In this document: piece after piece, positions 36,369 through 36,634 of the stretch | Layout of the letters: the number at the start of each line of letters is the position of its first letter | Position numbering within the stretch: position 1 is the stretch's first letter | Virus record (IMG/VR): IMGVR_UViG_3300037011_000237 | DNA: 36,634 bases | Reading direction: 5' to 3' (one strand) | DNA from: an uncultured virus (IMG/VR IMGVR_UViG_3300037011_000237) | Lineage: Duplodnaviria > Heunggongvirae > Uroviricota > Caudoviricetes | The notes under the pieces: model-generated | The model's database searches: none | Seen by the model: only the letters and a program-made list of their open reading frames with translations | What the model was told of the DNA's origin: nothing | Position numbers and translations under genes: made by a program

Positions 36369-36634
36369 AAATTACTTTCATGACTTATTTTTACTATTTT
36401 TGCTAATGGAATATCTTTTCCATGATTGATTTTATTTATCATTCTTATACTTTCAATTATGTTTTTCATTTTATTTTATCCTTATTATCGGTATCCGAAA
36501 GATTATTTTTTTATTCTTTTTTTCAATTATTTTACTTATAATGTCAAGTTTTTCATGTAATATTTGAAAATAATTATATCGTAAATTATTTATTATTTTA
36601 TTATTTCGTAAATTATTTTGTAAAATACGACATT

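Noticed and set aside
36579..36618. Short direct repeat TCGTAAATTATTT twice near the right end, as origin or operator
   Set aside because: Two copies in extremely AT-rich sequence truncated by the window edge; insufficient support
1..36634. Stop-codon reassignment, as seen in some large phages
   Set aside because: Conserved genes are full length in code 11 and coding density is high

Overview
AT-rich, densely packed fragment of a large (probably jumbo-type) bacteriophage genome in the standard code 11, with no structural genes or integrase in view. Left to right: (1) minus-strand RecA/UvsX and family A DNA polymerase; (2) a regulatory hub of three related consensus sigma70-type promoters around an atypical tRNA-like gene with a UAU anticodon; (3) a plus-strand nucleotide/DNA-metabolism operon with an HNH nuclease, radical SAM protein, C5-methyltransferase-like protein, MazG, macrodomain, intein-split class II RNR, a free-standing degenerate intein-HNH and a PAPS-reductase-like protein, ending at a bidirectional terminator; (4) a long minus-strand block. 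That block holds a radical SAM/SPASM enzyme followed by two tiny PEEYDEEL peptides and four otherwise dissimilar proteins sharing an N-terminal MKxRxGFVSNSSSxSF motif (best candidate for an undescribed protein-modification system). It also holds a phiEco32-like amidoligase/ATP-grasp/glutamine amidotransferase cluster with an embedded RuvB-like ATPase lacking the RuvA-binding hairpin, and many small accessory genes (metallophosphoesterase, NADAR, Fic, tRNA-Arg(UCU)). All family calls are by visual motif recognition; no searches were run.
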